The notes below the pieces were generated by a model. That model searched no databases. It had not been told where the DNA came from and saw only the letters and a list, made by a program, of their open reading frames with translations. A stretch of DNA of 64,000 nt from Acidobacteriota bacterium (GTDB lineage: Bacteria; Acidobacteriota; Terriglobia; Acidiferrales; UBA7541). The stretch spans positions 28,090 through 92,089 of the forward strand of contig JABCYZ010000019.1 of the NCBI GenBank assembly GCA_013289955.1, given 5' to 3'. Within the stretch, counting starts at the first letter, position 1. Each line of letters starts with the position of its first letter. A program made the translations under genes and the position numbers. This document shows, piece by piece, positions 28,125 to 38,600 of this stretch.

Positions 28125-29156
28125 TCAGCGGATCGTTGCCACTTTCACCGCCACTTTGGCGAGCAGATCCTCGGGAAGCGGCGGGTAGCCTTGCTCCCCG
28201 GCCATCTTTTCGCCGCTGGTGTACACCCACTTCAGGTAATCCACGACCGCGCGGCCGCGCTCGGAATCCTTCGCGACGGCCGGAATGTAAAACCAGGTGA
28301 AGCTGCTGATGGGATAGCTGTCTTTTCCGGAGGCGTTCGTCAGCGAAATGCGGAAATTGTCCGTCACGGTGTTGGTCATTGCTTTGGCGGCGGCCGCAAT
28401 CGACCGGACGGATGGTTTCACAAACTCGCCATCCGCGTTCCGAATGCTAGCCATGTGCAAGGAGGCCTTCACTGCCGAGTTCAATTCCGTGTAGCCGAGA
28501 GCTCCGGGAGTCGCCGCCACTTTATCGAGCATATCGTCAGCCTTTCCGGCGGTTGTCCCCACAGACCAGTTCGGCGATGCACTGCGCCCTACGCGCGCAA
28601 GAAACTCCGGGCTCGCTTTTGACAGGAAATCGGAAAGAATGTAGTTCGAGCCCCGGCCGGCGGTGCGGTGCAGCAACTGGATAGGAAGCGCAGTAAGCTT
28701 GGCATCCGGATTCAGCTTTAGGAGCGAGGGATCGTTCCAGGAAGTAATCTTCCCGAGAAATATGTTCGCCAGGACGGGTCCTGAAAGGCGAAGTTCGCCG
28801 GCCATGCCCGGCAAATTGTAGATCACCACGATGCCGACCAGCACGGTGGGAAGTTCGACGATCTTGTTGGTGGACCCCTTTAGATCCTTCTCCGGAATCG
28901 GCTCGTCGCCGCCGCCAAAATCTCCCATGCCCGTCAGAACGCGCGTGGCGCCTGCGAGGCTGCCTTCCGGCAAATACCGCACCTGCACGCCGGGCTGCTG
29001 CTTGTGATACTCGTCGTTCCAGAGCAGATAGAGCGACTCCGGCATGCTTGAGCCCGTGACGACCAATACGGTGGATGCTTGCCCGTCGGTTCGGACGGGC
29101 ATGGCGATCGCCAGGGTCAGCAGAACCACACAGATGACTTTCGGAATCCGCCCCAC
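28125..29156 (-). CDS. Orphan, divergent PstS-like substrate-binding protein
   Basis: PstS-fold blocks (LRLSGPVLANIFLGKITSWND, GALGYTEL, YPISSFTW); signal peptide after GTG 29156 with GGAGG SD; no pstCAB nearby. Confidence 0.8.
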   Translation of the reverse strand: MGRIPKVICVVLLTLAIAMPVRTDGQASTVLVVTGSSMPESLYLLWNDEYHKQQPGVQVRYLPEGSLAGATRVLTGMGDFGGGDEPIPEKDLKGSTNKIVELPTVLVGIVVIYNLPGMAGELRLSGPVLANIFLGKITSWNDPSLLKLNPDAKLTALPIQLLHRTAGRGSNYILSDFLSKASPEFLARVGRSASPNWSVGTTAGKADDMLDKVAATPGALGYTELNSAVKASLHMASIRNADGEFVKPSVRSIAAAAKAMTNTVTDNFRISLTNASGKDSYPISSFTWFYIPAVAKDSERGRAVVDYLKWVYTSGEKMAGEQGYPPLPEDLLAKVAVKVATIR

Positions 29157-29610
29157 GAGATCCTCCACAGTTCCATGGGCCCAAGGACCGGAAGAAAGCG
29201 ACAACCGAACCTTCCAGTCCGACTCTATCGGAGCGCATCCGGTCTCTTGAACTGGTTCGTGGTACAGGTGTGCAGAAACCGCCACTAGAAACACCGCCGA
29301 GTGATGACTTACGCCGAGGTGATGAAGCTGTCAGGCGCGAAAAACGCGCGGAAGAAGAACCGCTGAATTACAGTCGCTTCCTGACGGGTACGCCCTGGCA
29401 GCTCTCTATACTTCCCCGCGTGCGTACCAAAGCAGGCGATTCCGCCGCCACCCCTGGTTTTGCGAGGGAAACCGGCTTGTGTATGATTGCGTGGCCGGAA
29501 ACACCGTTTACGTTCGCGGCTTGTGGCCTTTACAAATCCCCTGGCTGACTTTCAGCCCTGCTCCGGACAAGCGCATTTCGTTCCACAAATTCGCTGCTTA
29601 CAAGGAGAAA

Positions 29611-29946
29611 ATGCCGGTGCGAACGATCATCCTTCTGACCATCTCGAATATCTTCATGACCTTTGCCTGGTATGGCCACCTGAAGTACCGCACTTCCGCG
29701 CTCTGGAAAGTGATTTTAGCGAGCTGGGGGATTGCATTTTTCGAATACTGCTTCCAGGTCCCGGCGAACCGCATCGGCTCCTATGAATTCAGCACGGCCC
29801 AGCTAAAGACCATGCAGGAAGTGATCACGCTCTCGGTCTTCTCTGTTTTCTCGGTCCTCTATCTAGGCGAGAAAATAAAGTGGAACCATGCCGCGGGATT
29901 CGGATGCATCGCGATGGCCGTATTCTTCGTTTTTCACAAGTGGTAG
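29611..29946 (+). CDS. DMT superfamily small membrane protein (DUF486-like)
   Basis: SNIFMTFAWYGHLK, SWGIAFFEYCFQVPANRIG and QEVITL. AAGGAG SD before ATG 29611. Confidence 0.85.
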   Translation: MPVRTIILLTISNIFMTFAWYGHLKYRTSALWKVILASWGIAFFEYCFQVPANRIGSYEFSTAQLKTMQEVITLSVFSVFSVLYLGEKIKWNHAAGFGCIAMAVFFVFHKW

Positions 29947-29962
29947 GTCGATCGAGAGCGCT

Positions 29963-30712
29963 TCAGCGCGTCAATCGCCGCGGCGGCCACACAACCACAT
30001 CCTGGCGCTTCGCAAAATAGAGAAGCGGTTTTGCCGGCGCTACATGAATTCCGGCGGCCTCCGGCATCGTATTGTTGATTAACTCTGCTTCCGCAGCTTC
30101 CAGCGCCCACGGAGCGTGATGAATTTCACCCGAGATGACTTGTCCATCCCCGTCCCTTGTATAAAGGCAATAACGCTCCGTCAGAAAATGCTCGAGCGAT
30201 CCGGGGGCGGCCGAAAATACTTCGCCAATCGCTCGATACCGCCCGTTCCACACTCCGGAGGCCGCGCCACGGCCCGAACGTGCGCATTTGTACTCGATCC
30301 ACCCATTCCGTTTCTCGCAGGACATTCGCGCCAGAAAATACGGCAAGTGAAACCACAGACGCGCAATCGCCACCGCAATCCTGTTCCCGGCATCGAGGCT
30401 GAAGAACCACACTCCGGGTTTGCCGTCGGCCACCACGTACGTTCGCACGTTCAATTCCGGGAACGCCGAGAGCCAGGGAACCCGAGGCGTGCCACGCAGG
30501 CGCACTCCGGACATCCGAAATGGCACAACTCCCAGCCAGGCCTGCCCTTGATAAGTATCGATCTTCAACTCCCCGGGGATATGCGGGCGCAGTGCCGCCT
30601 CTTCCACGCGCCAGTGCGCAAAAAGCAGGTCGTGCCAGCTCTGCGCCATGATCCAGCGGGCCCGGGGCAGCGGCCATGGCCGGTGGGCAACTTGCTCCAG
30701 ATGGGCGCTCAC
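29963..30712 (-). CDS. YqjF/DUF2071 family protein
   Basis: MAQSWHDLLFAHW, FPELNVRTYV, GVWFFSLDA, FLTERY and IHHAPW. Confidence 0.85.
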   Translation of the reverse strand: MSAHLEQVAHRPWPLPRARWIMAQSWHDLLFAHWRVEEAALRPHIPGELKIDTYQGQAWLGVVPFRMSGVRLRGTPRVPWLSAFPELNVRTYVVADGKPGVWFFSLDAGNRIAVAIARLWFHLPYFLARMSCEKRNGWIEYKCARSGRGAASGVWNGRYRAIGEVFSAAPGSLEHFLTERYCLYTRDGDGQVISGEIHHAPWALEAAEAELINNTMPEAAGIHVAPAKPLLYFAKRQDVVVWPPRRLTR

Positions 30713-30827
30713 CGGAATTCCCTGGCCTCACTCGACATCGCCATTCGGCCAATATACCCTTCCCTATCGCTGGCGAATCGAATTCTCTGCATTCAAATCA
30801 AACGAATCGTGCAAAAGGAGCGGCGTC

Positions 30828-31253
30828 ATGCAACGCAAAGCATCGGCAGTCTGGCAAGGCGGTTTGAAGGACGGCAAAGGATCGATCTCGACCGACAGCG
30901 GCGTCCTGAAACAAACGCAATATTCTTTCAGCACGCGCTTTGAAAATGGCGTTGGCACTAATCCCGAGGAACTCCTCGCCGCGGCGCACGCCGGATGTTT
31001 CACCATGGCGCTCTCTGCGCAACTCGGCGGGGCTGGAATGACCGCGCAGAAGCTCGAAACCACCGCGACGGTATCGCTTGAGAAAGTCGGCGACGGTTTT
31101 TCGATCACCAAGAGCCATCTCGACCTGGTCGCGACGATTCCCGGGGCTGACAAGGCAAAATTTGACGCCGCCGTGAAAGCAGCCGAAACCGGCTGCCCTG
31201 TCTCAAGGCTTTTCAAGGCAGAGATCAGCGTCAGCGCGACCCTCAACTCCTGA
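30828..31253 (+). CDS. osmC: OsmC family peroxiredoxin
   Basis: RFENGVGTNPEELLAAAHAGCFTMALS and GCPVSR; AAAGGAG SD. Confidence 0.93.
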   Translation: MQRKASAVWQGGLKDGKGSISTDSGVLKQTQYSFSTRFENGVGTNPEELLAAAHAGCFTMALSAQLGGAGMTAQKLETTATVSLEKVGDGFSITKSHLDLVATIPGADKAKFDAAVKAAETGCPVSRLFKAEISVSATLNS

Positions 31254-31293
31254 TGGCATCGCCGGTCATCGTTTGCCCGGCCAAACGGATACA

Positions 31294-32457
31294 ATGCCGC
31301 ACATGATTCCAATCCCGGGTGCGTTCATCGTGGGTGTCGCGATCTTTCTGATCGTTCTGTGGGACGCGTTCGAAGCCATCATTCTGCCTCGGCGCGTCAC
31401 GCGCAAGTTCCGCTTGGCGCGCCTCTTCTACCGGTCCACCTGGAGAGTGTGGAGATTTGCTGCAAACCTTGTCTCGTCGCGCAAGGCCAGGGAATCGCTG
31501 CTTGGCTTTTACGGCCCGCTCTCTCTTCTCGTTCTCGTGGGAGTTTGGGCCTTCGGACTGGTTTTGGGATTCGGCTTCATGCAATACGGGGCCGGCTCGG
31601 CCGTGGTTATGACCGGCGGGCAGGCCGGCTTTCAGACCGACATGTATCTCAGCGGCACAACTTTTTTTACGCTCGGGCTCGGCGACGTCATTCCCCGTTC
31701 CGGTCTGGCGCGAGTTCTGGTTGTGATCGAGGCCGGTTTCGGCTTCGGCTTTCTCGCAGCCGTCATCGGTTATCTGCCGTTCATTTACGGCTCGTTTTCA
31801 AAACGTGAAGTCGACATTTCCCTGCTCGATTCGCGCGCCGGCACGCCTCCGACTGCCGGAGAGCTTCTCCGCCGTCACAGCTACCCCCACGGGCAGGAAG
31901 CGCTGCGCGAGCTCCTCAAGGATTGGGAGCACTGGTCCGCCGAATTGATGGAGAGCCACCTCTCCTATCCTGTCCTGGCCTTCTTCCGCTCGCAGCATGA
32001 CAACCAGTCCTGGGTGGCTTCGCTCACCGCCATCCTCGATACTTCGGCGCTCGTCATGGTTGGCATCGAAGGTGCCTGCGAAAAGCAGGCCGAGCTCACC
32101 TTCGCGATCGCGCGTCACGCCATCGTCGATCTTTCTCAAGTTTTCGGAACGGCGCCAGGGGCCATGCCCTACGACCGTCTGACCCCCGAACAATTGCGCC
32201 ACATCCGCGACATTCTCGCGCAGCATGGCCTGAAACTTCAGGATGGCGAGGAGGCCGACCGGCGCCTTACAGAGCTTCGTCGCATGTATGAGCCGTACAT
32301 TCACGCGCTGGCCGGGTATCTGAATCAAACACTGCCGCCCTGGATTCCCCAAAAAAAGGGCAAGGACAATTGGCAAACAACCGCCTGGGGCCAGTCGGCC
32401 GGGCTGCTTGAAAAGGAGAAGGAATCGTCCCATGCGCACGGCGACGATCATTTTTAG
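31294..32457 (+). CDS. Ion-channel-like (K+ channel family) membrane protein with a cytoplasmic C-terminal domain
   Basis: TM helices flanking pore-helix/filter YLSGTTFFTLGLGDV. Start uncertain (31273, 31294 or 31303). Confidence 0.75.
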   Translation: MPHMIPIPGAFIVGVAIFLIVLWDAFEAIILPRRVTRKFRLARLFYRSTWRVWRFAANLVSSRKARESLLGFYGPLSLLVLVGVWAFGLVLGFGFMQYGAGSAVVMTGGQAGFQTDMYLSGTTFFTLGLGDVIPRSGLARVLVVIEAGFGFGFLAAVIGYLPFIYGSFSKREVDISLLDSRAGTPPTAGELLRRHSYPHGQEALRELLKDWEHWSAELMESHLSYPVLAFFRSQHDNQSWVASLTAILDTSALVMVGIEGACEKQAELTFAIARHAIVDLSQVFGTAPGAMPYDRLTPEQLRHIRDILAQHGLKLQDGEEADRRLTELRRMYEPYIHALAGYLNQTLPPWIPQKKGKDNWQTTAWGQSAGLLEKEKESSHAHGDDHF

Positions 32458-32582
32458 AAGACTCCGATCCAGACAGGGGCACGTCACGCTGTCCCCGTTT
32501 TCAGCTAGAATTTCCTGATCCGGAGCGAAGCCGGAAATCAGAAGCGGTGTCAAAGCAAGCTTTCCAAGAACCGGAGGCCAAA

Positions 32583-33545
32583 ATGAAAGCCATCGTCGTT
32601 CACGAATTCGGCGGTCCCGAAGTCCTGAAGCTGGAAGAAATCCCCACACCCAAACCCGCTGCCGGGCAGGTCCTCGTCCGCATCCACGGCGTGGGCGTGA
32701 ATCCCTACGACACCTACATGCGCAACGGCACGTACGCCGTCAAGCCTTCCCTTCCCTATACGCCCGGCTCCGATGGCGCTGGCACGGTTGAAGCCGTGGG
32801 CCCGGGTGTCGGCAAGGTAAAGGCAGGCGATCGCGTCTATGTTGCCAAAACCGTCACCGGCGCCTACGCCGAATATGCGATCGTGCTGGAAAGCCAAGTT
32901 CATCGGCTTCCGGAAAAAGCCAGCTTCAGCCAGGGCGCAGGAGTCTGGGTGCCTTACGGGACTGCCTACCACGCGCTCTATCACTCGGCCGAGGCGAACG
33001 CTTCAGAAACGGTCCTGATTCATGGTGCCAGCGGCGGCGTCGGCATCGCCGGCGTCCAGTTAGCTCGCGCTCTGGGACTGACCGTCTTCGGCACCGCGAG
33101 CAGCCAGAAGGGTCTCGACCTCGCCAAGCGCGAAGGCGCCCATCAAGTGTTCGACCACAGCAAATCGGGTTACCTCGAAGAAATCATGAAAGCCACGGGC
33201 GGCGTCGGCGTGAACATCGTCCTCGAAATGCTGGCAAACGTAAATCTTTCCAGCGACATGAAACTTCTCTCTACCAACGGCCGCGTCATTGTCATCGGCA
33301 ACCGCGGCGAAATTACTATTAATCCCCGCGATCTTATGGGGCGCCGCGGCTCCATCCGCGCCTTCACGCTTTGGGCCCTCACGGCTCCGGAAGAAACGGA
33401 GGTCCACGCCGGAATCATCGCTGGACTTGAAAACGGGACGCTGCGCCCCGTGGTCGGCAAGGAATTGCCGCTGGCGGAAGCTTCCCGCGCCCACGTGGAG
33501 ATCCTCGAACCGGGCGCTGCCGGAAAAATCGTGCTTCTCCCTTAA
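32583..33545 (+). CDS. NADPH:quinone reductase (zeta-crystallin/MDR family)
   Basis: GVNPYD, PYTPGSDGAG, VPYGTAY and IHGASGGVG. Confidence 0.9.
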   Translation: MKAIVVHEFGGPEVLKLEEIPTPKPAAGQVLVRIHGVGVNPYDTYMRNGTYAVKPSLPYTPGSDGAGTVEAVGPGVGKVKAGDRVYVAKTVTGAYAEYAIVLESQVHRLPEKASFSQGAGVWVPYGTAYHALYHSAEANASETVLIHGASGGVGIAGVQLARALGLTVFGTASSQKGLDLAKREGAHQVFDHSKSGYLEEIMKATGGVGVNIVLEMLANVNLSSDMKLLSTNGRVIVIGNRGEITINPRDLMGRRGSIRAFTLWALTAPEETEVHAGIIAGLENGTLRPVVGKELPLAEASRAHVEILEPGAAGKIVLLP

Positions 33546-33712
33546 GAAGCAGTTCCTTGATTGCAGTGAACTCTGTGAGCGGATCGCGGTCTTCCTGCCG
33601 GGCTGGGATCCACTTTGCCCGGCTGCCGCATTGACTGTCCCCGCAGCGGCTTTATACTCGTAGGCTCACCGGATGTTGCTCGAGCCATCTGTCCGCGGAA
33701 GAAACTTGGAAC

Positions 33713-35350
33713 GTGATAACCCTGGTCCCCATCGCTGCCATTTTCGCGGCACAAACCTCCTACAGCCATTACTGGCATAAGCTGACGGACCGCACCTTCT
33801 CCGGGGTCTACCGGGCGGATGCCTTCGACCTCGCGATGATGATTCCTTATTTCCTCGTTCTCTTCATCCTCGCGGCTTACGGCCTGCACCGCTATTGGCT
33901 GGTCTACGATTATTACGTCTACGCAAAGAATGTTCCCGGCCCTCCGCCGGATATCAAAAATTGGCCGCGCGTCACCGTCCAGCTTCCCATCTTCAACGAG
34001 CGCTACGTGATCGAGCGTCTCGTCGATGCCGTCTCGCGCTTCGACTACCCGCGCGAATTGCTCGATGTCCAGGTTCTGGACGATTCGACGGACGAGACTT
34101 GCCAGGTCGCCAGCGCCTGCGTCGAGCGCCACGCGGCCCAGGGCATGCCCATCGTCTACATCCATCGCACCAATCGCCTGGGCTACAAAGCCGGCGCGCT
34201 TGAAAACGGTCTCAAGACTTCCGAGGGCGAATTCGTTGCCATCTTCGACGCCGACTTTATTCCTGAGCCTGACTTTCTGCGCCGCACCATCCCCTATTTC
34301 GTGGATCCCGCGAATGGGAGGAAAATCGGCATGGTGCAAACCCGCTGGACCTACCTGAACCGTGACTATTCGCTTCTTACACAGGTCGAAACCATCCTGC
34401 TCGATGGCCACTTCGTCGTCGAGCACGGCGCTCGCTCGCGCCGCGGCACTTTTTTCAATTTCAATGGGACGGCCGGTGTCTGGCGCCGCCAAGCGATCGA
34501 AGAAGCCGGTGGCTGGGAGCACGATACGCTCACCGAAGACACCGATCTCTCCTACCGCGCGCAGCTGAAAGGCTGGAAGTTTCTCTATCTCCCGCAAATC
34601 GAATGCGCTTCCGAATTGCCGGTGGATATGAACGGCTTCAAAGCGCAGCAAGCACGCTGGGCCAAGGGCCTGATGCAAACAGCGAAAAAAATCCTGCCCC
34701 GCGTGATGAAGTCCGACGCACCCTGGCACGTCAAAGCCGAAGCTTTTTTCCACCTCACCGCCAACATCAGCTACCCGCTCATGGTTCTCTTTTCCGTCAT
34801 GCTCCTCCCCGCCATGATCGTGCGCTTCTATCAAGGCTGGTTTCAGATGCTGGTCATCGACCTGCCTCTTTTTCTTGCCTCCACCTGCTCCATCTCGAGC
34901 TTTTACCTCGTCGCGCAAAAAGAGCTTCGCCCCAAAAACTGGTGGCGGACGTTCCTGTATATGCCGTTCGTCATGGCCACCGGTATCGGCATCTCCGTGC
35001 GCAACGCGCAAGCCGTGCTCGAAGCGATCATAGGCAAGAAAAGCGAGTTCGCCCGCACGCCCAAATTCAATATCGAAGGCAAAAAAGGCACCTTCGTCTC
35101 GAAAAAATACAGGAATAAGGCTGGCTGGATGCCCTATGCCGAAATCATCCTCGGTCTTTACTTTGCCGGCACCATCGTCTATGCCGTCACCAACGAGAAT
35201 TACGCCACCATCCCCTTCTTGCTTCTCTTCGTCTGGGGCTACCTCTATACCGGCCTGATGTCCCTTGGCCAAACCTACTTCGCCCACCTCCGTTTCGGCG
35301 TCAACGCCCCGGAAATGCGCCCGGCAGCCACTGGCGCTCCCGGCTTTTGA
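33713..35350 (+). CDS. Membrane GT2 processive glycosyltransferase (plant CslA/CslC-like)
   Basis: VQLPIFNE, DDSTD, GYKAGAL, FDADF, VQTRW, FNGTAG, TEDTDL and QQARWAKG (D,D,D,QxxRW); no PilZ domain. Confidence 0.9.
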   Translation: MITLVPIAAIFAAQTSYSHYWHKLTDRTFSGVYRADAFDLAMMIPYFLVLFILAAYGLHRYWLVYDYYVYAKNVPGPPPDIKNWPRVTVQLPIFNERYVIERLVDAVSRFDYPRELLDVQVLDDSTDETCQVASACVERHAAQGMPIVYIHRTNRLGYKAGALENGLKTSEGEFVAIFDADFIPEPDFLRRTIPYFVDPANGRKIGMVQTRWTYLNRDYSLLTQVETILLDGHFVVEHGARSRRGTFFNFNGTAGVWRRQAIEEAGGWEHDTLTEDTDLSYRAQLKGWKFLYLPQIECASELPVDMNGFKAQQARWAKGLMQTAKKILPRVMKSDAPWHVKAEAFFHLTANISYPLMVLFSVMLLPAMIVRFYQGWFQMLVIDLPLFLASTCSISSFYLVAQKELRPKNWWRTFLYMPFVMATGIGISVRNAQAVLEAIIGKKSEFARTPKFNIEGKKGTFVSKKYRNKAGWMPYAEIILGLYFAGTIVYAVTNENYATIPFLLLFVWGYLYTGLMSLGQTYFAHLRFGVNAPEMRPAATGAPGF

Positions 35351-35443
35351 GCGAAACAGCAGCCTAAGCACGGCTGATTTTGACGCTTCGGCTGGCGCTC
35401 GCGACCGTTCAACCCGCGAATTCCGCTGTTCAATGGTTTTGAG

Positions 35444-35492
35444 TTGATGTCGGACTAATCTTGTCGTATATTCACTTGCAAATGCCTTGCAA
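35444..35492 (+). promoter_or_regulatory. sigma70 promoter plus adjacent TTGCAA-N5-TTGCAA candidate operator
   Basis: TTGATG(35444)-N17-TATATT(35467); TTGCAA at 35476 and 35487. Confidence 0.5.
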
Positions 35493-35639
35493 CAACAGGC
35501 GGTCTGTTAACTGCCTGAATAGAAGCTCTGCGATTGTTTTCCGGTTCTTAGAAAGACGGATAACTCTCCAGCGACTCTAGGCTGGCTTCAAAAACCAACC
35601 CGCCAGGCGACCCGCCCGAACAACCGGGGGAAGCCGGTT

Positions 35640-38600
35640 ATGGGTTTTTACGAGGGGAACTTCAGGATGTTTCGGACCAGGCAGAACTGCTCACCAAATT
35701 TTTCTCTCAGAACTTTCAAACGCTCGGGAGACCTTGCCATATGTCTCGCCCTTGCCTTTCTGCTGCTCCTGGCCATTCCTCTCCGGGCAGGCGTCGGCGG
35801 AAGCATCTCTGGCACGGTGACGGATCCGAGCGGGGCTGCGGTCGTCAAAGCGGATATCACCATCACGAATCGCGAGACCGGACTCCGCCAAACGACCGCG
35901 ACCGATGACCGCGGGTTCTATTCCTTCCCGAGTCTCCCTATCGGCAAGTACGAACTTGAAGTCGCGAGCGCGGGGTTTCGGTCCTACCGCCGGACGGGAA
36001 TCGTCCTTGACGCGAACAGCGCTCTGAAAATCGACGCGGTCCTGAGCGTTGGCGAGAGGACGGACACCGTGTTGATCGTCGATAATCCGCTGATCGTCGA
36101 AACCATCAATACGCAGAACGGCCAAGTCGTTTCCGGCGCCCAGATGACGGCCGTGCCGCTCAACGGCCGCAGCTTTACGGATTTGCTCACCCTCCAGCCG
36201 GGCGTTGCTCCGGCCACATCCATTACTTCTGAGACCGTGCAGGACGTAGGCGCCAGCGTACTGTCTCCTTCGGGAGATTTGAATCCGGGGACCATCTCGA
36301 TCAACGGCCAGCGCGAATTTGCCAACAGTTTTATCGTCAACGGAAGCGATGTGCAGGAGGATGTAAACATGGGAACGGCCATCGTTCCCAATCTCGATTC
36401 GATTGCCGAGTTTCGCATTCTGACCAACAACTTCGATGCGGAGTACGGGGAATTCAGCGGCGGCCAGATCAACGTTGTCACCAAGTCCGGATCCAATGTA
36501 TTCCACGGCGACGTTTTTGAATTCGCCCGCAACACCGATCTCGATGCGCGCAATTATTTCTCGCCCACGCGCGGCGCCTTCGACCAAAACCAGTTTGGCG
36601 GCACCTTCGGCGGCCCGATGCAGAGGGACAAGATTTTCTTTTTCGGCGATTATCAGGGCACGCGCTCGAGGCAGGGTGTCGATACCGGACAGATTCCTGT
36701 GCCTTCCGTCGCGGACCGGTCGGGCCATCTGTCCGATCTGGCCAGCTCTTTTGTGACTACCGATGCGAATGGAAACACAGTCCCGACGACGGTCGGCGGG
36801 CCGTATTTCGCCAGCCTGCTTTCCGAAAAACTGGGTTACGCCGTTACAGCCGGCGAGCCGTATTACACGGCCGGGTGCACCAGCGCCACCTGCGTCTTTC
36901 CCGGCGCTGTAATTCCCCAAAACGCATGGTCTGCGCCGGCCACCAATCTTTTGAAGTACATTCCCGGGGCCAACAACCCAAACGGCACCTTTAGCACTTC
37001 GTCCTCGAACCTGACTCTCCGCGATGACAAAGGCGCTTACCGGCTGGATGCCGATACGCGCTGGGGCCTGCTCAGCGCCTACTATTTTCTCGACGACTGG
37101 TCGCAAGACAATCCTTATCCGATCGCACAAGGCGGAGCGAATGTCCCGGGCTTCAGCGCGCTCTATCTCGGCCGCGCGCAACTGCTCAGCTTGGGCGACA
37201 CGAAAACCATCAACTCGACGAGCCTGAATGAATTCCGCTTCAGCTATCTGCGAAACTCGAATGATCTCGGCAAACCAGTCGGCGGAGTCGGCACGAGCCT
37301 GGCCTCGCAGGGATTCCAGGTTGGCCAGGGAACACCGGGAATCGTCGCGCTCTCTCCAAAGACCGAAGGAGTCGAGAGCGTCGGCTTCAACAGCTTCACG
37401 ATGGGAACGAACACCAACGAGCTCGACCAGGCGGGCAACACCTTCCAGTGGCTGGATAACTTTTCAAAAGTGATCGGAAATCACACCCTCAAACTGGGCG
37501 GCGAATTCCACTACGATCAGGTGAATGTGAATGCCATCGCGCAGTTCAATGGCAGCTTTCTCTTTTTCGGAACCGAGACGGGATCCGATTTCGCGGACTT
37601 CCTGCTGGGGGTTCCCAGCCAGTATAACCAAAGCCAGCTTCAGCCCTTCTACGGCCGCAATAAATATCTGGGGCTCTATGGGCAAGACAGCTGGCGCGCG
37701 ACGCGAAAACTCACTCTCAATTACGGCCTGAGATGGGACCGGATCGAGCCCTGGTATGAGAAATACAACCAGATCGCCACCTTCCACGCTGGCGAGCAGT
37801 CTCTCGTTTTCCCCGGGGCTCCTCGAGGTATTCTCTATCCCACCGATCCGGGAGTGCCGCGTACCCTGGCGCCTCCTGGGAATCGCGACTTCGCCCCGCG
37901 TATCGGCCTGGCCTATTCGCCCGAGGGCAACGGCGACGGGCTGCTCGCCAAAATACTGGGCGGCCCTGGCAAGACCAGTATCCGAGCCAGCTACGGCATG
38001 TTCTATACGGCGATCGAAGCTCTGACCATCGGCGTGATGAGCGCCAATGCGCCTTATGGAACGACCTACACGAGCCCAGCTCCTCCGCTCTTTGCCACGC
38101 CGTTTGTCACGGCAGCAAACGGGCAGAATTTGGGGCAAGTTTTCCCCGTAACCCTTGCGCCGCTCGATTCCAGCGCGAGCCATCCCGACCCCAACATTGA
38201 CTGGTCCCAGTTTGAGCCCATCACGGGCCTCCCCAACTACCCTACGACGAACCGTATTCCTTACACCGAGGAATATATGCTTTCACTCGAGCGCGGCTTT
38301 GGAGCTGATACCCTGCTCAGCTTGAATTACGTTGGTACCCAGGGGCATCGGCTGCTGGTGCTCGAGGAGGCCAACCCCGGCAACCCCGCGCTTTGCCTGG
38401 AATTGAGCAATCCGGCCAATCTGGCGCCGGGACAGGTTCCTTGCGGTCCTTTTGGCGAAGACACCACCTACACCACTTCCGCAGGACAGGTCTACAATGG
38501 CACGCGCGGCCCGTTGGGATCGAACTTCGGCAGCAATGCCAACCAATCCACCATCGGCAATTCCGACTACAACGCTTTGCAAATCACCCTGCGGCACACG

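Noticed and set aside
29297-29325. Direct repeat gccgag(g)tgatga upstream of the pstS-like gene as a Pho box
   Set aside because: Spacing is about 17 bp rather than 11 bp, and it does not match the CTGTCA/GTCAT consensus.
33542-35371. 609-aa minus-strand ORF, and similar long antisense ORFs at 8315-9526, 15272-16525, 17415-19208, 41135-42625 and 53545-55155
   Set aside because: They are shadows of well-supported genes on the opposite strand, have no recognisable motifs, and are expected in GC-rich DNA.
35476-35492. sigma54 -24/-12 promoter (TTGCAA-N5-TTGCA)
   Set aside because: The invariant GG at -24 is missing; kept only as a candidate operator.
35530-35600. c-di-GMP-I riboswitch near the GGDEF gene
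   Set aside because: No GGCAAAC or GACGCAAAG motifs and no proper GAAA tetraloop/receptor pair.
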